DNA of 55,477 nt from Burkholderiales bacterium (GCA_036559525.1 DATBSZ010000231.1:1-55477); one strand, 5' to 3'; counted from the stretch's first letter, positions 40,767 through 50,071 are shown. Numbers and translations: made by a program. The notes: a model not told the origin generated them from the letters alone.

Positions 40767-42753
40767 ACGCTTCGACGCCGAAAACCCGCTTCTTGAGCTC
40801 GGCAAGACGGTCGCGCGCCGCCGCGGCCTCCTCGAACTCCAGGTTCCTGGCGTGCTCGAGCATCTTCTTCTCGATCGCCTTGATCTCGCGCGCGATCTGC
40901 TTTTCGCTCATCGCTTCGTAGCGCGCCTCTTCCTGCGCGACCTGCGCCTGCGAGGCGTCGTACACGCCGTCGATCAGGTCCTTGATGCGCTTGATGATGC
41001 CCTTGGGCGTGATGCTGTGGTGCACGTTGTAGGCGAGCTGCTTCGTGCGCCGCCGGTCCGTTTCCCCGATCGCCTTCTTGATGGAATCGGTCACCCGGTC
41101 GGCATACAGGATCGCCGTGCCGTTGATGTGGCGGGCGGCACGGCCGATGGTCTGGATGAGAGAGCGCTCCGAACGCAGGAAACCTTCCTTGTCCGCATCG
41201 AGGATCGCCACCAGGGAAACCTCCGGCAGGTCGAGGCCCTCGCGCAGCAGGTTGATTCCCACGAGCACGTCGAACTCGCCCAGGCGCAGGTCGCGGATGA
41301 TCTCCACTCGTTCCACCGTCTCCACCTCGGAGTGCAGGTAGCGCACCTTGACCCCATGCTCGGCCAGGTATTCGGTGAGCTCTTCCGCCATTCTCTTGGT
41401 CAGGGTCGTCACAAGGATTCGTTCATGCCGTGACACCTTGTCCCTGATCTCGGACAAGAGATCATCCACCTGCGTGGAGGCCGGACGCACGATCACCTGC
41501 GGATCGACCAGCCCGGTCGGGCGCACCACCTGCTCCACCACCTGGCCGGACTTCTCGCGCTCGTAATCCGCCGGGGTCGCAGAGACGAACACCGTCTGGC
41601 GCACCACTTTCTCGAACTCGTCGAAGCGCAGCGGCCGGTTGTCGAGCGCCGATGGGAGGCGAAAGCCGTACTCGACCAGGTTCTCCTTGCGCGAGCGGTC
41701 GCCGCGGTACATGCCGCCGAGCTGCGGGATCGTGACGTGGCTCTCGTCGATGATCATCAGCGCGTCCTGCGGCAGGTAGTCGATGAGCGTCGGCGGCGGT
41801 TCGCCCGCCTGACGGCCGGACAGGTGGCGCGAATAGTTCTCGATCCCCTTGCAGAAGCCGAGCTCGGCGAGCATCTCGAGGTCGAAGCGCGTGCGCTGCT
41901 CGATCCGCTGCGCCTCCACCAGGCGCCCGGCTTTCTGGAAGAAGTCGATGCGGCTGCGCAGCTCCGCCTTGATCGCCTCGATCGCGCGCAGCGTAGTCTC
42001 GCGCGGCGTGACGTAGTGGCTCGACGGGTACACCGTGAAGCGCGCCATCGGGTGGTGCACCCTGCCGGTCAGCGGGTCGAACACCTCCAGCTTTTCCACC
42101 AGGTCATCCAGCAGAGAGATTCGAATCGCCTGCTCGGCGTGCTCCGCCGGGAACACGTCGATCACGTCGCCGCGCACACGGAAAGTGCCGCGGCGGAAGT
42201 CGAGCTCGTTCCGCTCGTACTGCATCGCCACCAGGCGCGCGAGCACGTCGCGCTGCGACATCTTCTCGCCCTGGCGCAGGTGCAGGATCATGCCGTGGTA
42301 CTCCTCCGGGTCGCCGATACCGTAGATCGCCGATACCGTCGCCACGATCACCACGTCGCGGCGCTCGAGCAGCGACTTGGTCGCCGACAGGCGCATCTGC
42401 TCTATGTGCTCGTTGATCGACGAATCCTTCTCTATGTAGAGATCGCGCGCCGGCACGTACGCCTCCGGCTGGTAATAGTCGTAGTACGAGACGAAATACT
42501 CGACCGCGTTGTCGGGAAAGAACTCGCGGAACTCGGAGTAGAGCTGCGCGGCGAGCGTCTTGTTCGGCGCGAGCACCAGCGCCGGTCGGCCGAGGCGCGC
42601 GATGACGTGCGCCATCGTGTACGTCTTGCCCGAGCCCGTGACGCCGAGCAGCGTCTGGAACGAGAGGCCGTCCCGGATTCCTTCGACGAGCGCGTCGATC
42701 GCCTCCGGCTGGTCGCCGCCGGGCGGAAAAAGCTCTGCTAATTTGAATGCCAC
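40765..42753 (-). CDS. uvrB: Excinuclease ABC subunit B
   Basis: [13 protein letters not shown]...[12 protein letters not shown]...[10 protein letters not shown], with a C-terminal UVR domain and a GTG start. Confidence 0.97.
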   Translation of the reverse strand: MAFKLAELFPPGGDQPEAIDALVEGIRDGLSFQTLLGVTGSGKTYTMAHVIARLGRPALVLAPNKTLAAQLYSEFREFFPDNAVEYFVSYYDYYQPEAYVPARDLYIEKDSSINEHIEQMRLSATKSLLERRDVVIVATVSAIYGIGDPEEYHGMILHLRQGEKMSQRDVLARLVAMQYERNELDFRRGTFRVRGDVIDVFPAEHAEQAIRISLLDDLVEKLEVFDPLTGRVHHPMARFTVYPSSHYVTPRETTLRAIEAIKAELRSRIDFFQKAGRLVEAQRIEQRTRFDLEMLAELGFCKGIENYSRHLSGRQAGEPPPTLIDYLPQDALMIIDESHVTIPQLGGMYRGDRSRKENLVEYGFRLPSALDNRPLRFDEFEKVVRQTVFVSATPADYEREKSGQVVEQVVRPTGLVDPQVIVRPASTQVDDLLSEIRDKVSRHERILVTTLTKRMAEELTEYLAEHGVKVRYLHSEVETVERVEIIRDLRLGEFDVLVGINLLREGLDLPEVSLVAILDADKEGFLRSERSLIQTIGRAARHINGTAILYADRVTDSIKKAIGETDRRRTKQLAYNVHHSITPKGIIKRIKDLIDGVYDASQAQVAQEEARYEAMSEKQIAREIKAIEKKMLEHARNLEFEEAAAARDRLAELKKRVFGVEA

Positions 42754-42791
42754 GAGTAGAATGCGATTGCGAAACCCGCCATTTTAGACGA

Positions 42792-43994
42792 ATGAACGCG
42801 CCACACTCACCCTCCCCGCTCGCCTCGGTGCCGATGGCGCCGGCCGACCCGATCCTCGGCGTCACCGAAGCCTTCGTCGCCGACACCAGCCCGAAGAAGG
42901 TCAACCTCGGCGTCGGCGTGTACACCGACGACCACGGCAAGATCCCGGTCTTGGAGTGCGTGCGCCATGCCGAGAGCGAGCGGCTGAAGTCCGTGCCCGC
43001 GCGCGGCTACCTGCCGATCGACGGCCTCGCGGCCTACGACCTCGCGGTTCAGGAATTGGTTTTTGCTTCTCAACAAAGCAATATTGTGACGGTGCAGGCC
43101 CTCGGCGGCACCGGCGGCCTGAAAATCGGCGCCGACTTCCTGAAGCACATCAATCCCGCGGCCGAGGTCTGGATCAGCGAGCCGAGTTGGGAGAACCACC
43201 GCCAGCTCTTCGAGGCGGCCGGGTTCAAGGTCAATTCCTACCGCTACTACGATCCGACGACGCGCGGTCTGGATGTCACCGGCATGCTGAACTCGTTGAG
43301 CGCCTTGCCGGCCGGCTCGATCGTGGTGCTGCACGCGTGCTGCCACAACCCCACCGGGGTCGACCTCGACAAGGATCGCTGGGGCGAAGTGCTGGAGATC
43401 GTGCGCTCGCGCGGCCTCGTGCCGTTCCTCGATCTCGCCTACCAGGGCTTCGCCGAGGGCCTCGATGCTGACGCCCACGCCGCGCGGCTGTTCGCCGCCG
43501 CCATGTCGCCGGTCTTCCTGTCGAGCTCGTTCTCCAAATCGTTCTCCCTCTACGGCGAGCGGGTGGGCGCGCTGAGCGTCGTCACCGGCAGCCCCGAGGA
43601 AGCGAAGCGCGTGCTTTCGCAGGTCAAGCGCATCGTGCGCACCAACTACTCCAACCCGCCCACCCACGGCTGCCAGATCGTTGCCACGGTCCTCGGCAAC
43701 CCCCAGCTCCGCAGCCTGTGGGACCGCGAGCTCGGCGAGATGCGCGATCGCATCAAGGCGATGCGAAAGCGGCTGGTCGAGAGCATCCATTCCCGCGTGC
43801 AGAACACCGACTTCAGCTTCGTGCTGAAGCAGCGCGGCATGTTCTCCTACTCCGGGCTGACGAAGGAGCAGGTGCGGCACCTGCGCGAGGAGTACTCGAT
43901 CTACACCATCGACACCGGCCGCATCTGCGTCGCCGCGCTCACCTCGAAGAACGTCGACTACGTCTCCGACGCGATCGCCAAAGTAATCCGGTAA
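42792..43994 (+). CDS. Aspartate/aromatic amino acid aminotransferase (class I, AspC/TyrB type)
   Basis: PADPILGVTEAF, CCHNPTG, SSFSKSFSLYGERVG (PLP lysine) and YSNPP. Confidence 0.93.
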   Translation: MNAPHSPSPLASVPMAPADPILGVTEAFVADTSPKKVNLGVGVYTDDHGKIPVLECVRHAESERLKSVPARGYLPIDGLAAYDLAVQELVFASQQSNIVTVQALGGTGGLKIGADFLKHINPAAEVWISEPSWENHRQLFEAAGFKVNSYRYYDPTTRGLDVTGMLNSLSALPAGSIVVLHACCHNPTGVDLDKDRWGEVLEIVRSRGLVPFLDLAYQGFAEGLDADAHAARLFAAAMSPVFLSSSFSKSFSLYGERVGALSVVTGSPEEAKRVLSQVKRIVRTNYSNPPTHGCQIVATVLGNPQLRSLWDRELGEMRDRIKAMRKRLVESIHSRVQNTDFSFVLKQRGMFSYSGLTKEQVRHLREEYSIYTIDTGRICVAALTSKNVDYVSDAIAKVIR

Positions 43995-44013
43995 AATTCC
44001 GGGTTCTTCCGGA

Positions 44014-44089
44014 TCCCCGATAGCTCAGTTGGTAGAGCGACGGACTGTTAATCCGCAGGTCGTAGGTTCGAGCCCTACTCGGGGAGCCA
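44014..44089 (+). tRNA. tRNA-Asn (anticodon GUU), CCA encoded
   Basis: TCCCCGATAGCTCAGTTGGTAGAGCGACGGACTGTTAATCCGCAGGTCGTAGGTTCGAGCCCTACTCGGGGAGCCA. Confidence 0.95.
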
Positions 44090-44120
44090 ACTAGCTGTTT
44101 TCACGCCGTACTAGCGCCAG

Positions 44121-44522
44121 CTATTTTTTCACGACCTCCCAAGTCCCTTCGAGCAGCCCGTCGAGGGGAATCAGCTTGTAGGTGCTTTCTCCGATCTTCT
44201 GGACGTTAGAGCACCCGCTGCCAAGATTACTACTGTACTTGGTGCAGAACTTGTTGCCCTCGATCCGCCAGGAGCCAATGTGCGTGGTCGTGGCGGGGCC
44301 TTCGTTGAAGCGCACAGTTCCGTCCTTCTGATAGACAGCGGTACCCGTGCGGGCTGCGGTGTTCGGGCGGTCGGCCCCCGTGATCCTGACGCTCAGCCCG
44401 TTCGACAGCAGCGCCTTCAACTGCGCGTTGGTAAGGACAGTCGGCTGCGGCTTCTGCGCCCAGGCATGGCCGGCACAGCCGAGCATCGCAACTGCGAGAA
44501 ACGTCGTCAGATTTCTATTCAT
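44121..44522 (-). CDS. Secreted hypothetical protein
   Basis: ATG 44522 with a GGAGGG Shine-Dalgarno. Signal peptide MNRNLTTFLAVAMLGCAGHAWA. No recognised domain. Confidence 0.6.
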   Translation of the reverse strand: MNRNLTTFLAVAMLGCAGHAWAQKPQPTVLTNAQLKALLSNGLSVRITGADRPNTAARTGTAVYQKDGTVRFNEGPATTTHIGSWRIEGNKFCTKYSSNLGSGCSNVQKIGESTYKLIPLDGLLEGTWEVVKK

Positions 44523-44649
44523 TGAGTCCCTCCGTCGCAAATCCTACTCCGTGTGCCGACGCGCCGCATCTGATTGGACCAAGGGCTTATAGTCGGCGAG
44601 TTCTTCTCTGCGGACAATTCTGTTTTCCGATGGCAGGAGGCCTGGCGCC

Positions 44650-46176
44650 ATGCGCAAGCTCGATGTTCTGCTCCTTTGCTGCACCCTGACGTTCGTTGCC
44701 TTCTCTTTCCCGGCGGTGGCCCAAAAGGCTGCTGCCGAGCCAAAACCGTTGCCGGAAGATCCACTCGGCCGGGGCACGCCCTACGGCGCGGTGATCGGGT
44801 TTCTGCAGGCGGCGAACAAGGCTGACTATGAGCTTGCCTCCAAGTATCTGGAGGGCAAACAGTCGGCCAAGAGAAAAGCAGAACTCGCGCGCGATCTCCA
44901 TGTGGTCTTGAACCGGGGCGTAAAAACCGGCCCGGACGATTTGAGCAAAGCGCCGGCGGGAACCCTGGACGACGGTCTCCCCGCGAACCTGGAAAAAGTG
45001 GGCACGGCGACCTTCGAAAGCGAAAGCCTGGACGTCGTGCTTCGCCTCACGAAGACACCCGACACGCAGCCGATCTGGCTCTTCTCCGCTGAGACCCTGC
45101 TTGGCGTGACTGCGGCGGCTAGCCAACTCGATCTCCCTTGGGCCGAAGCGATCTGGCCGGAATCGTTCAGAGACATCCGCTTCCTGTCTTACCCACTTTT
45201 CACGTGGCTCAACGTGCTCGTGGGCGTTCCGCTCCTGGTGGGGATTGCCTGGCCCCTCACCCGGGGCCTTCTCAGGCTTCTTCATCCTTTGGACCTGCGC
45301 CACGGCGAGGGTGTGCTGGCCCAGATCAAGTGGCTGCTGTTCCTTCTGATCTTGTCTCTCCTGGCGCGTATCGTCGCCACGCAAGCTGCCACAGCGGAGG
45401 GGCGCATTTTCGTCACCTCTGTTGCCAACGTATTCATCGTCGTGGCTGCCGGCTGGATCTTGGTTCGGGTGACGAAACTTGTGGCCCGATTGAAGACTCA
45501 GCACCTGCGAAAGGTTGGGTTGCCGGGCAAGATCGCGACCGTCGAACTAGCCACCTGGCTGTTTGTATCTGTCTGGTTCACTGCGGCTTCGTTCCTGATC
45601 CTGCGCAGCTTGGGCTTCGACCTTACGGCCGTCGTTGCCGGACTCGGCATTGGCGGACTCGCGTTTGCGTTCGCCGCCCAGAAGACGATCGAGAATCTCT
45701 TCGGCACGGTAACGGTCGTTGCTGATGAAGCCATCCAGGTCGGTGACTACTGCCAGGTAGGGACAATTGAGGGCCGCGTCGAAAACATCGGTCTGCGCTC
45801 CACCCAGATTCGCACCGCCGATCGGGTACTGGTCAGCGTTCCGAATGGGCAGCTTGCCGCGGGGACTATTGGAAATCTGGCCCGGCGCGACAAATTTCTT
45901 TTCCGCCATAACATTCTGTTGGCATACGAAACCACGGCCGACCAGCTTCGCCATGTCCTCGCGGAGATCAGGAAAATGATGCTCGCACAAGCCAAGCTCG
46001 AACCTGAAACCGTCACGACCCGATTGATCCGGTTTGGCGGCGCCTCCCTCGAGCTGGAGGCCTTTGCGTATGTGGCAACTCGCGATGAGGGTGTCTTCCT
46101 CGATACTCAGGAAGAACTTCTACTGCGGATCATGGATATCGTCGAAGCCAGTGGAGTGCGGCGCGTAGCGGCGTAG
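44650..46176 (+). CDS. MscS-family mechanosensitive channel with large N-terminal periplasmic domain
   Basis: 508 aa with a signal peptide, multiple TM helices and an MscS core (GLGIGGLAFAFAAQKTIENLFG...VGDYCQVG.IEGRVENIGLRST). Confidence 0.85.
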   Translation: MRKLDVLLLCCTLTFVAFSFPAVAQKAAAEPKPLPEDPLGRGTPYGAVIGFLQAANKADYELASKYLEGKQSAKRKAELARDLHVVLNRGVKTGPDDLSKAPAGTLDDGLPANLEKVGTATFESESLDVVLRLTKTPDTQPIWLFSAETLLGVTAAASQLDLPWAEAIWPESFRDIRFLSYPLFTWLNVLVGVPLLVGIAWPLTRGLLRLLHPLDLRHGEGVLAQIKWLLFLLILSLLARIVATQAATAEGRIFVTSVANVFIVVAAGWILVRVTKLVARLKTQHLRKVGLPGKIATVELATWLFVSVWFTAASFLILRSLGFDLTAVVAGLGIGGLAFAFAAQKTIENLFGTVTVVADEAIQVGDYCQVGTIEGRVENIGLRSTQIRTADRVLVSVPNGQLAAGTIGNLARRDKFLFRHNILLAYETTADQLRHVLAEIRKMMLAQAKLEPETVTTRLIRFGGASLELEAFAYVATRDEGVFLDTQEELLLRIMDIVEASGVRRVAA

Positions 46177-46190
46177 AATCGCGACCGCAA

Positions 46191-46805
46191 ATGAGCGCCG
46201 CGCTGCAACTCCTGCTGGTCGCGCTCTGCCTTGTGCTCGCAGGCACGGCGCGCGCGGACGACTGGTCGGCGTGGCAACGCGCCTACGATCCGGCAACGCG
46301 CACACGTTTCATTCCCGTAGAGCTCTGGACCGGCGCGCCTTGGGACGGCACGCAGGAGATCCGCATGGCGCCCGCTGCGCTCGAGTTCGGGCAGCGGGGA
46401 GACAAAAGCATCAAGGGGCCGACGACTTGGAACTTCATCCAGGTCTACGAGCGCGTGAACCGCGACAAGCTCCAACGCTTCGCCATCCGCGACGACAAGA
46501 CGGGCCTGGGCCGCGTTTTCGACTCGCGCTATCCGGAGCTTGACTGCCGCGGCGAGGTGAAATTTCCGCTCGGCCGCTGGAAGCAGGGTGAGGTACGCGA
46601 GTACCAGCTCGACTGCGCGGGCGACAGGCGGCCGCGCCCGCGTCCGCTCAAAGTGACGATCGAGGAGATTGATTTCGTCTACGGCGGCGTACCGCACTCG
46701 CTGCGCTTCCATTGGCTCTTCATGGAAGGGCGCGGCCGCGGCACCGACATGCGCTACGTGTACAGCCCGCTGCGCGGACTGGTCAACGTGCAGGGGAACG
46801 AGTAG
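46191..46805 (+). CDS. Secreted hypothetical protein
   Basis: 204 aa with the signal peptide MSAALQLLLVALCLVLAGTARA. TAGAAT lies 11 nt upstream of the ATG. No recognised domain. Confidence 0.6.
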   Translation: MSAALQLLLVALCLVLAGTARADDWSAWQRAYDPATRTRFIPVELWTGAPWDGTQEIRMAPAALEFGQRGDKSIKGPTTWNFIQVYERVNRDKLQRFAIRDDKTGLGRVFDSRYPELDCRGEVKFPLGRWKQGEVREYQLDCAGDRRPRPRPLKVTIEEIDFVYGGVPHSLRFHWLFMEGRGRGTDMRYVYSPLRGLVNVQGNE

Positions 46806-46809
46806 AGCC

Positions 46810-46917
46810 TCACGACACCACGAGCATCAGGACGATCGAAAGCACACCGACGATCAGCGAGCACAAACCCGCCCCCAGCAGCACTCTGTCGCCGAAGGTC
46901 AGTTCTTTCATTTCCAT
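46810..46917 (-). CDS. Possible 35-aa single-TM micro-protein
   Basis: Hand translation: MEMKELTFGDRVLLGAGLCSLIVGVLSIVLMLVVS, with an AGGGGA Shine-Dalgarno 6 nt upstream. It is below the track cutoff and has no homology support. Confidence 0.25.
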   Translation of the reverse strand: MEMKELTFGDRVLLGAGLCSLIVGVLSIVLMLVVS

Positions 46918-47119
46918 TTGAGTCCCCTGAGTTAGGAAATAATTTCGACGAAGGCATGATGCCGAGTGTCGGCTTGAGGACGTTATCCCCCGCGCGCCAG
47001 GCGTTTTCCCCCAGGCGCCAATCGCACTAGCGGCTGGCTGGGGCTATGCGATCTGCGCTCTCGCTCCGGTAGCAAGACGTGCAGTATTCTTCCCGTCAAG
47101 CAAAGCAGGGAGAACCACA

Positions 47120-48175
47120 GTGAGTGAGTCAGGCGGCGGACGCGCCGGCGATCAGTCGCGCCAGAGTTTCCTTGCCTCGATGGGCCAGATGTTCCGACGG
47201 CTCCTTGAATTGCACGGCCTCGACGCAGTCGGCATCGCTCGGCATGCGGGTGTCGACCTCGCGGCCATCCCCGCTCCGGGCGAGCGCATCGAAGTCGACA
47301 AGATCGACGCGATACTCCGCGTCGCGATCCCGCTCGTCAGTGATCCCGCCTTCGGGGTCCAAGCCGCACGCTGCTGGCACCCCTCGGAACTGGGCGTCCT
47401 TGGATATGCCTGGCTGTCGAGCTCGACGCTTCGCACCGGGCTCGAACGGGCCGCGCGCTATTCGCGCCTGGTAGGCGAGCGCGGCATTACCGAGATCGAG
47501 GACACCAGGCAGGGGCTCAAAGTCCGCTTCTGGGCCAACCGCGGCAATCCCGCCGTCGTGCCGGTGGCTGCGGTCTTCGTCGACATCGCGATGGCGATCC
47601 TGCTCGATCTATGCCGCATGAACGCAGGAGCGGCTCTGCGGCCGGTTGGCGCGTCCCTGCGTCGCCGCAAGCCCGAACCCGCAGACGCCTACGCGCGCTT
47701 CTTCGGATGCCCGGTCCAGTTCGGCGCCGAGGAGAACACGTTCGTGCTTTCGGCCAAAGACGCTGACTGCCCGCTCCCGTCGGCAAACCGACAACTCGCA
47801 GCAGTGTTCGACAAGATGCTTATCGAGGAGCTGGCCCGGCTAGACAAGTCCGACGTCGTCTCGCGGTGCCGTGCGGCGGTGCTGCAGGACCTGTCCTCGG
47901 GCGAAGGAACTGCGGAAGATACGGCGAAGCAACTTCACATGAGCCCGCGCACGCTACAGCGCAAGCTCGCCGAGGCGAACACGACTTACCTTCAGCTCGT
48001 CGACGACACGCGCAAAGACCTGGCCTTACGCTACATCGAAGACCCGCGCCGCTCGGTCACCGACATCACCTTCTCGCTTGGGTTCTCCCAGCCGAGCGCG
48101 TTCACTCGCGCGTTCAAGCGCTGGACGGGGCTCAGTCCAAGCGACTACCGGACGAAGTCGCCCACCTTCCGCTAG
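47120..48175 (+). CDS. AraC-family transcriptional regulator (N-terminal Arabinose_bd-like, C-terminal HTH_18)
   Basis: GTG start with a GGGAGA Shine-Dalgarno. C-terminus LHMSPRTLQRKL...ITFSLGFSQPSAFTRAFKRWTGLSPSDYR. Confidence 0.88.
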   Translation: MSESGGGRAGDQSRQSFLASMGQMFRRLLELHGLDAVGIARHAGVDLAAIPAPGERIEVDKIDAILRVAIPLVSDPAFGVQAARCWHPSELGVLGYAWLSSSTLRTGLERAARYSRLVGERGITEIEDTRQGLKVRFWANRGNPAVVPVAAVFVDIAMAILLDLCRMNAGAALRPVGASLRRRKPEPADAYARFFGCPVQFGAEENTFVLSAKDADCPLPSANRQLAAVFDKMLIEELARLDKSDVVSRCRAAVLQDLSSGEGTAEDTAKQLHMSPRTLQRKLAEANTTYLQLVDDTRKDLALRYIEDPRRSVTDITFSLGFSQPSAFTRAFKRWTGLSPSDYRTKSPTFR

Positions 48176-48318
48176 CAGCAAGCAGGCCCCGACGATGGCG
48201 CGCCAGGGTTAGCGCCTGGCGTCAGCGGTCAAGTTCCTTTCTTGGGTCTCGGCGATAGTTCGCCACCACCCGCGCTGCGAACACGCAGTCGCGGCACACG
48301 ACTTGAGGCAACCCGAAA

Positions 48319-48525
48319 ATGGACTACCGGCTGCAGAAAATGGATTACCGGCTGTTTCGTCTCCGCGATGGCGATCCCATCGAAGCTTTGGAAGCGCACG
48401 TCCTGGCCCGCGCCTACGTCGACGCTTGGCGTGCGCTGTATCTATGCGAACCGATCGGCGAGCACGCCATCGATAGCCTGGGTCTCGCGATCGATTTTGG
48501 CCGTCGTGCTCGCCGTCTTCAATAG
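48319..48525 (+). CDS. Small hypothetical protein A (68 aa; 61 aa from the second ATG at 48340)
   Basis: GAGG lies 10 nt upstream. The N-terminus MDYRLQKMDYRLF is produced by a 21-bp tandem duplication. No recognised domain. Confidence 0.35.
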   Translation: MDYRLQKMDYRLFRLRDGDPIEALEAHVLARAYVDAWRALYLCEPIGEHAIDSLGLAIDFGRRARRLQ

Positions 48526-48535
48526 TCGCTCTCCC

Positions 48536-48757
48536 ATGAAGAAGCTGCACCTTGAACAGGCCGCGCAGTGCGGGACGCTTGATCAAGCCGAAAGCGTATT
48601 GCGCCTGAGCGCGCCGCGGGCGTGGTGGGCCGTCGAGCGCACGGAGACGGCCGTGGTGGTCTCGCACATTTGGGAAAACCGTGAGCCGATTCTGTGCGCG
48701 CTGATTGTGGAGCGCGCACCGTGCGGCGCGCAAGAACACTCACTGGAGGTGCCGTAA
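48536..48757 (+). CDS. Small hypothetical protein B (73 aa)
   Basis: The ATG lies 10 nt after the ORF A stop, with no clear Shine-Dalgarno. The stop overlaps the ORF C ATG (TAATG). Confidence 0.3.
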   Translation: MKKLHLEQAAQCGTLDQAESVLRLSAPRAWWAVERTETAVVVSHIWENREPILCALIVERAPCGAQEHSLEVP

Positions 48758-48897
48758 TGTTGGCCGTATTGTTCTGGACCCTGTTCTCGCTGGTGCTGCT
48801 GATGATCGTCCCTGATCGCTGGCATGCCCGGCGCGAAATCGCCAAACGCCAAGTGGGAGTACGCCGACAGTCCCCAAGGACGCGTTCGCGCGCCTAG
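48757..48897 (+). CDS. Small hypothetical membrane protein C (46 aa, one TM helix, basic tail)
   Basis: GGAGGTG lies 6-7 nt upstream. MLAVLFWTLFSLVLLMIVPDRWHARREIAKRQ... Confidence 0.35.
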   Translation: MLAVLFWTLFSLVLLMIVPDRWHARREIAKRQVGVRRQSPRTRSRA

Positions 48898-49146
48898 TCT
48901 CGGGCGGACCCGGCCTGGGCCAAAGCGTTGTGTACCGTAAAGGGAAGGAGAGGTTGCAGCGCCTCGACGGCCGGGTCCAACCTGCACCCTACGCCGGTCG
49001 ACCAGTGCCGTATGTTCGATGCCGTACACAACCGCCAGAATCACCAGCGCGGCGACGCCGCTCGTCGTTCGATCGTTACGGCCAGACGAAGTCGCGTACG
49101 ACGTCTCTTATTCCCGACGCCTCCCCCGGAGCAAATCACTTTTCCT

Positions 49147-49656
49147 TCACTTGGCGCCGCTTCCAGCGCCGGCCAGGTCGGGGCTGCGACGGATCCGGCG
49201 CCATTCCCACGGCGCCATCGGATTTGTCGCCGACCACAAGCCGCGGCGAGATAGTCGCGCAGCATCCTGCTGGGCATACAGGCTGTAGTCGGTCACGTAG
49301 CGATCGAACACCCACGCCATGCCGCGACGGACCTGCTCGAAGTTGGCGTCTCTGCCGGCACACGTCACGCGGCCGATGGTGCGGCCGTTTCGGTCTTTTC
49401 CATGCTCACGGATGAACGCACGTTGTGACATGCACAGCTCCGCCAGCGAATCCTTGGAGCGCTGGCCGAACGCTTGGCGCATTTCGGGCGCATCGATGCT
49501 GTCCAGCCGGACGCGCGTTTGCTTTGAACCTGCTAGAACCGTAAGGGTGTCGCCGTCCTGCACGGCGACCACATGGCCGGAGAAGTCTGCGAGGGCCAGC
49601 CACGGTATCGCTGCGAAGGCAAGCAGCGCAAACCTAACGGCGTCGCCGAGGCGCAC
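49147..49656 (-). CDS. Secreted thermonuclease (staphylococcal nuclease/SNase fold)
   Basis: Signal peptide, then VVAVQDGDTLTV...VRLDSIDAPE...GRTIGRV...GMAWVFDRY. The GTG start overlaps the upstream HTH gene by 23 nt. Confidence 0.85.
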   Translation of the reverse strand: MRLGDAVRFALLAFAAIPWLALADFSGHVVAVQDGDTLTVLAGSKQTRVRLDSIDAPEMRQAFGQRSKDSLAELCMSQRAFIREHGKDRNGRTIGRVTCAGRDANFEQVRRGMAWVFDRYVTDYSLYAQQDAARLSRRGLWSATNPMAPWEWRRIRRSPDLAGAGSGAK

Positions 49657-50017
49657 GAGGCTGAACTTCGCGGATTGCGCGGACCGACTTGAGGAGTCGC
49701 ACCAGCGCCCGCGCGCCCTCGGGCGTCGAGTCCCAGGTGCTCAGCGCCGCGCGCACGACCGCGTCCTTGGCGGTCGGCGCCGGCTCAGCGACGCCCGCGG
49801 CCTGCGCCTTTGGATCGGCGGCGTAGGCGAGCAGCTTGCGCACGTTCGAGGACACCCGCTTGAACTGGCCGCGGAAGAGGCGCGACACCTGGCTCTGGTG
49901 GATCCGGGTGTCGGCGGCGACGCGGGTGGTTTGCACGCGCTCGGCGAGGACCGCCAGCGCGCGCCGAGCCTCAGCCAGCTCGCGATCGGGATCGGGGCGT
50001 TTGACATTCATTTGCAT
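49634..50017 (-). CDS. Small HTH DNA-binding protein (unclassified)
   Basis: 127 aa. The helix-turn-helix-like stretch is TTRVAADTRIHQSQVSRLFRG. Start is ATG 50017 or 50011. Confidence 0.55.
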   Translation of the reverse strand: MQMNVKRPDPDRELAEARRALAVLAERVQTTRVAADTRIHQSQVSRLFRGQFKRVSSNVRKLLAYAADPKAQAAGVAEPAPTAKDAVVRAALSTWDSTPEGARALVRLLKSVRAIREVQPRAPRRRR

Positions 50018-50045
50018 TTTGCATATCGTCCTGCATATGCATAAT
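50001..50045. promoter_or_regulatory. Divergent control region with four TGCAT motifs and TTGACA-N17-TATCGT / CATAAT boxes
   Basis: TGCAT at 50013, 50020, 50032 and 50038, the last two forming TGCATATGCAT. TTGACA at 50001-50006 and CATAAT at 50040-50045. Confidence 0.4.
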
Positions 50046-50071
50046 AAGACCGGACGGCCGGCGGTGGCAAC

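Noticed and set aside
42754-42791. Looked for a LexA/SOS box (CTGT-N8-ACAG type) in front of uvrB, and also near uvrC
   Set aside because: No such palindrome is visible in the 38-bp uvrB/aminotransferase spacer. Only a TAGAAT -10-like hexamer is present. SOS control cannot be inferred from this sequence.
48209-49415. ORFs 48209-48739(-), 48583-49044(-), 48928-49254(+) and 48930-49415(+)
   Set aside because: These are Arg/Pro-rich and lack motifs. They overlap each other and, for the last two, the nuclease gene in antisense. The plus-strand small ORFs with Shine-Dalgarno or TAATG coupling are the more economical reading, though still unproven.
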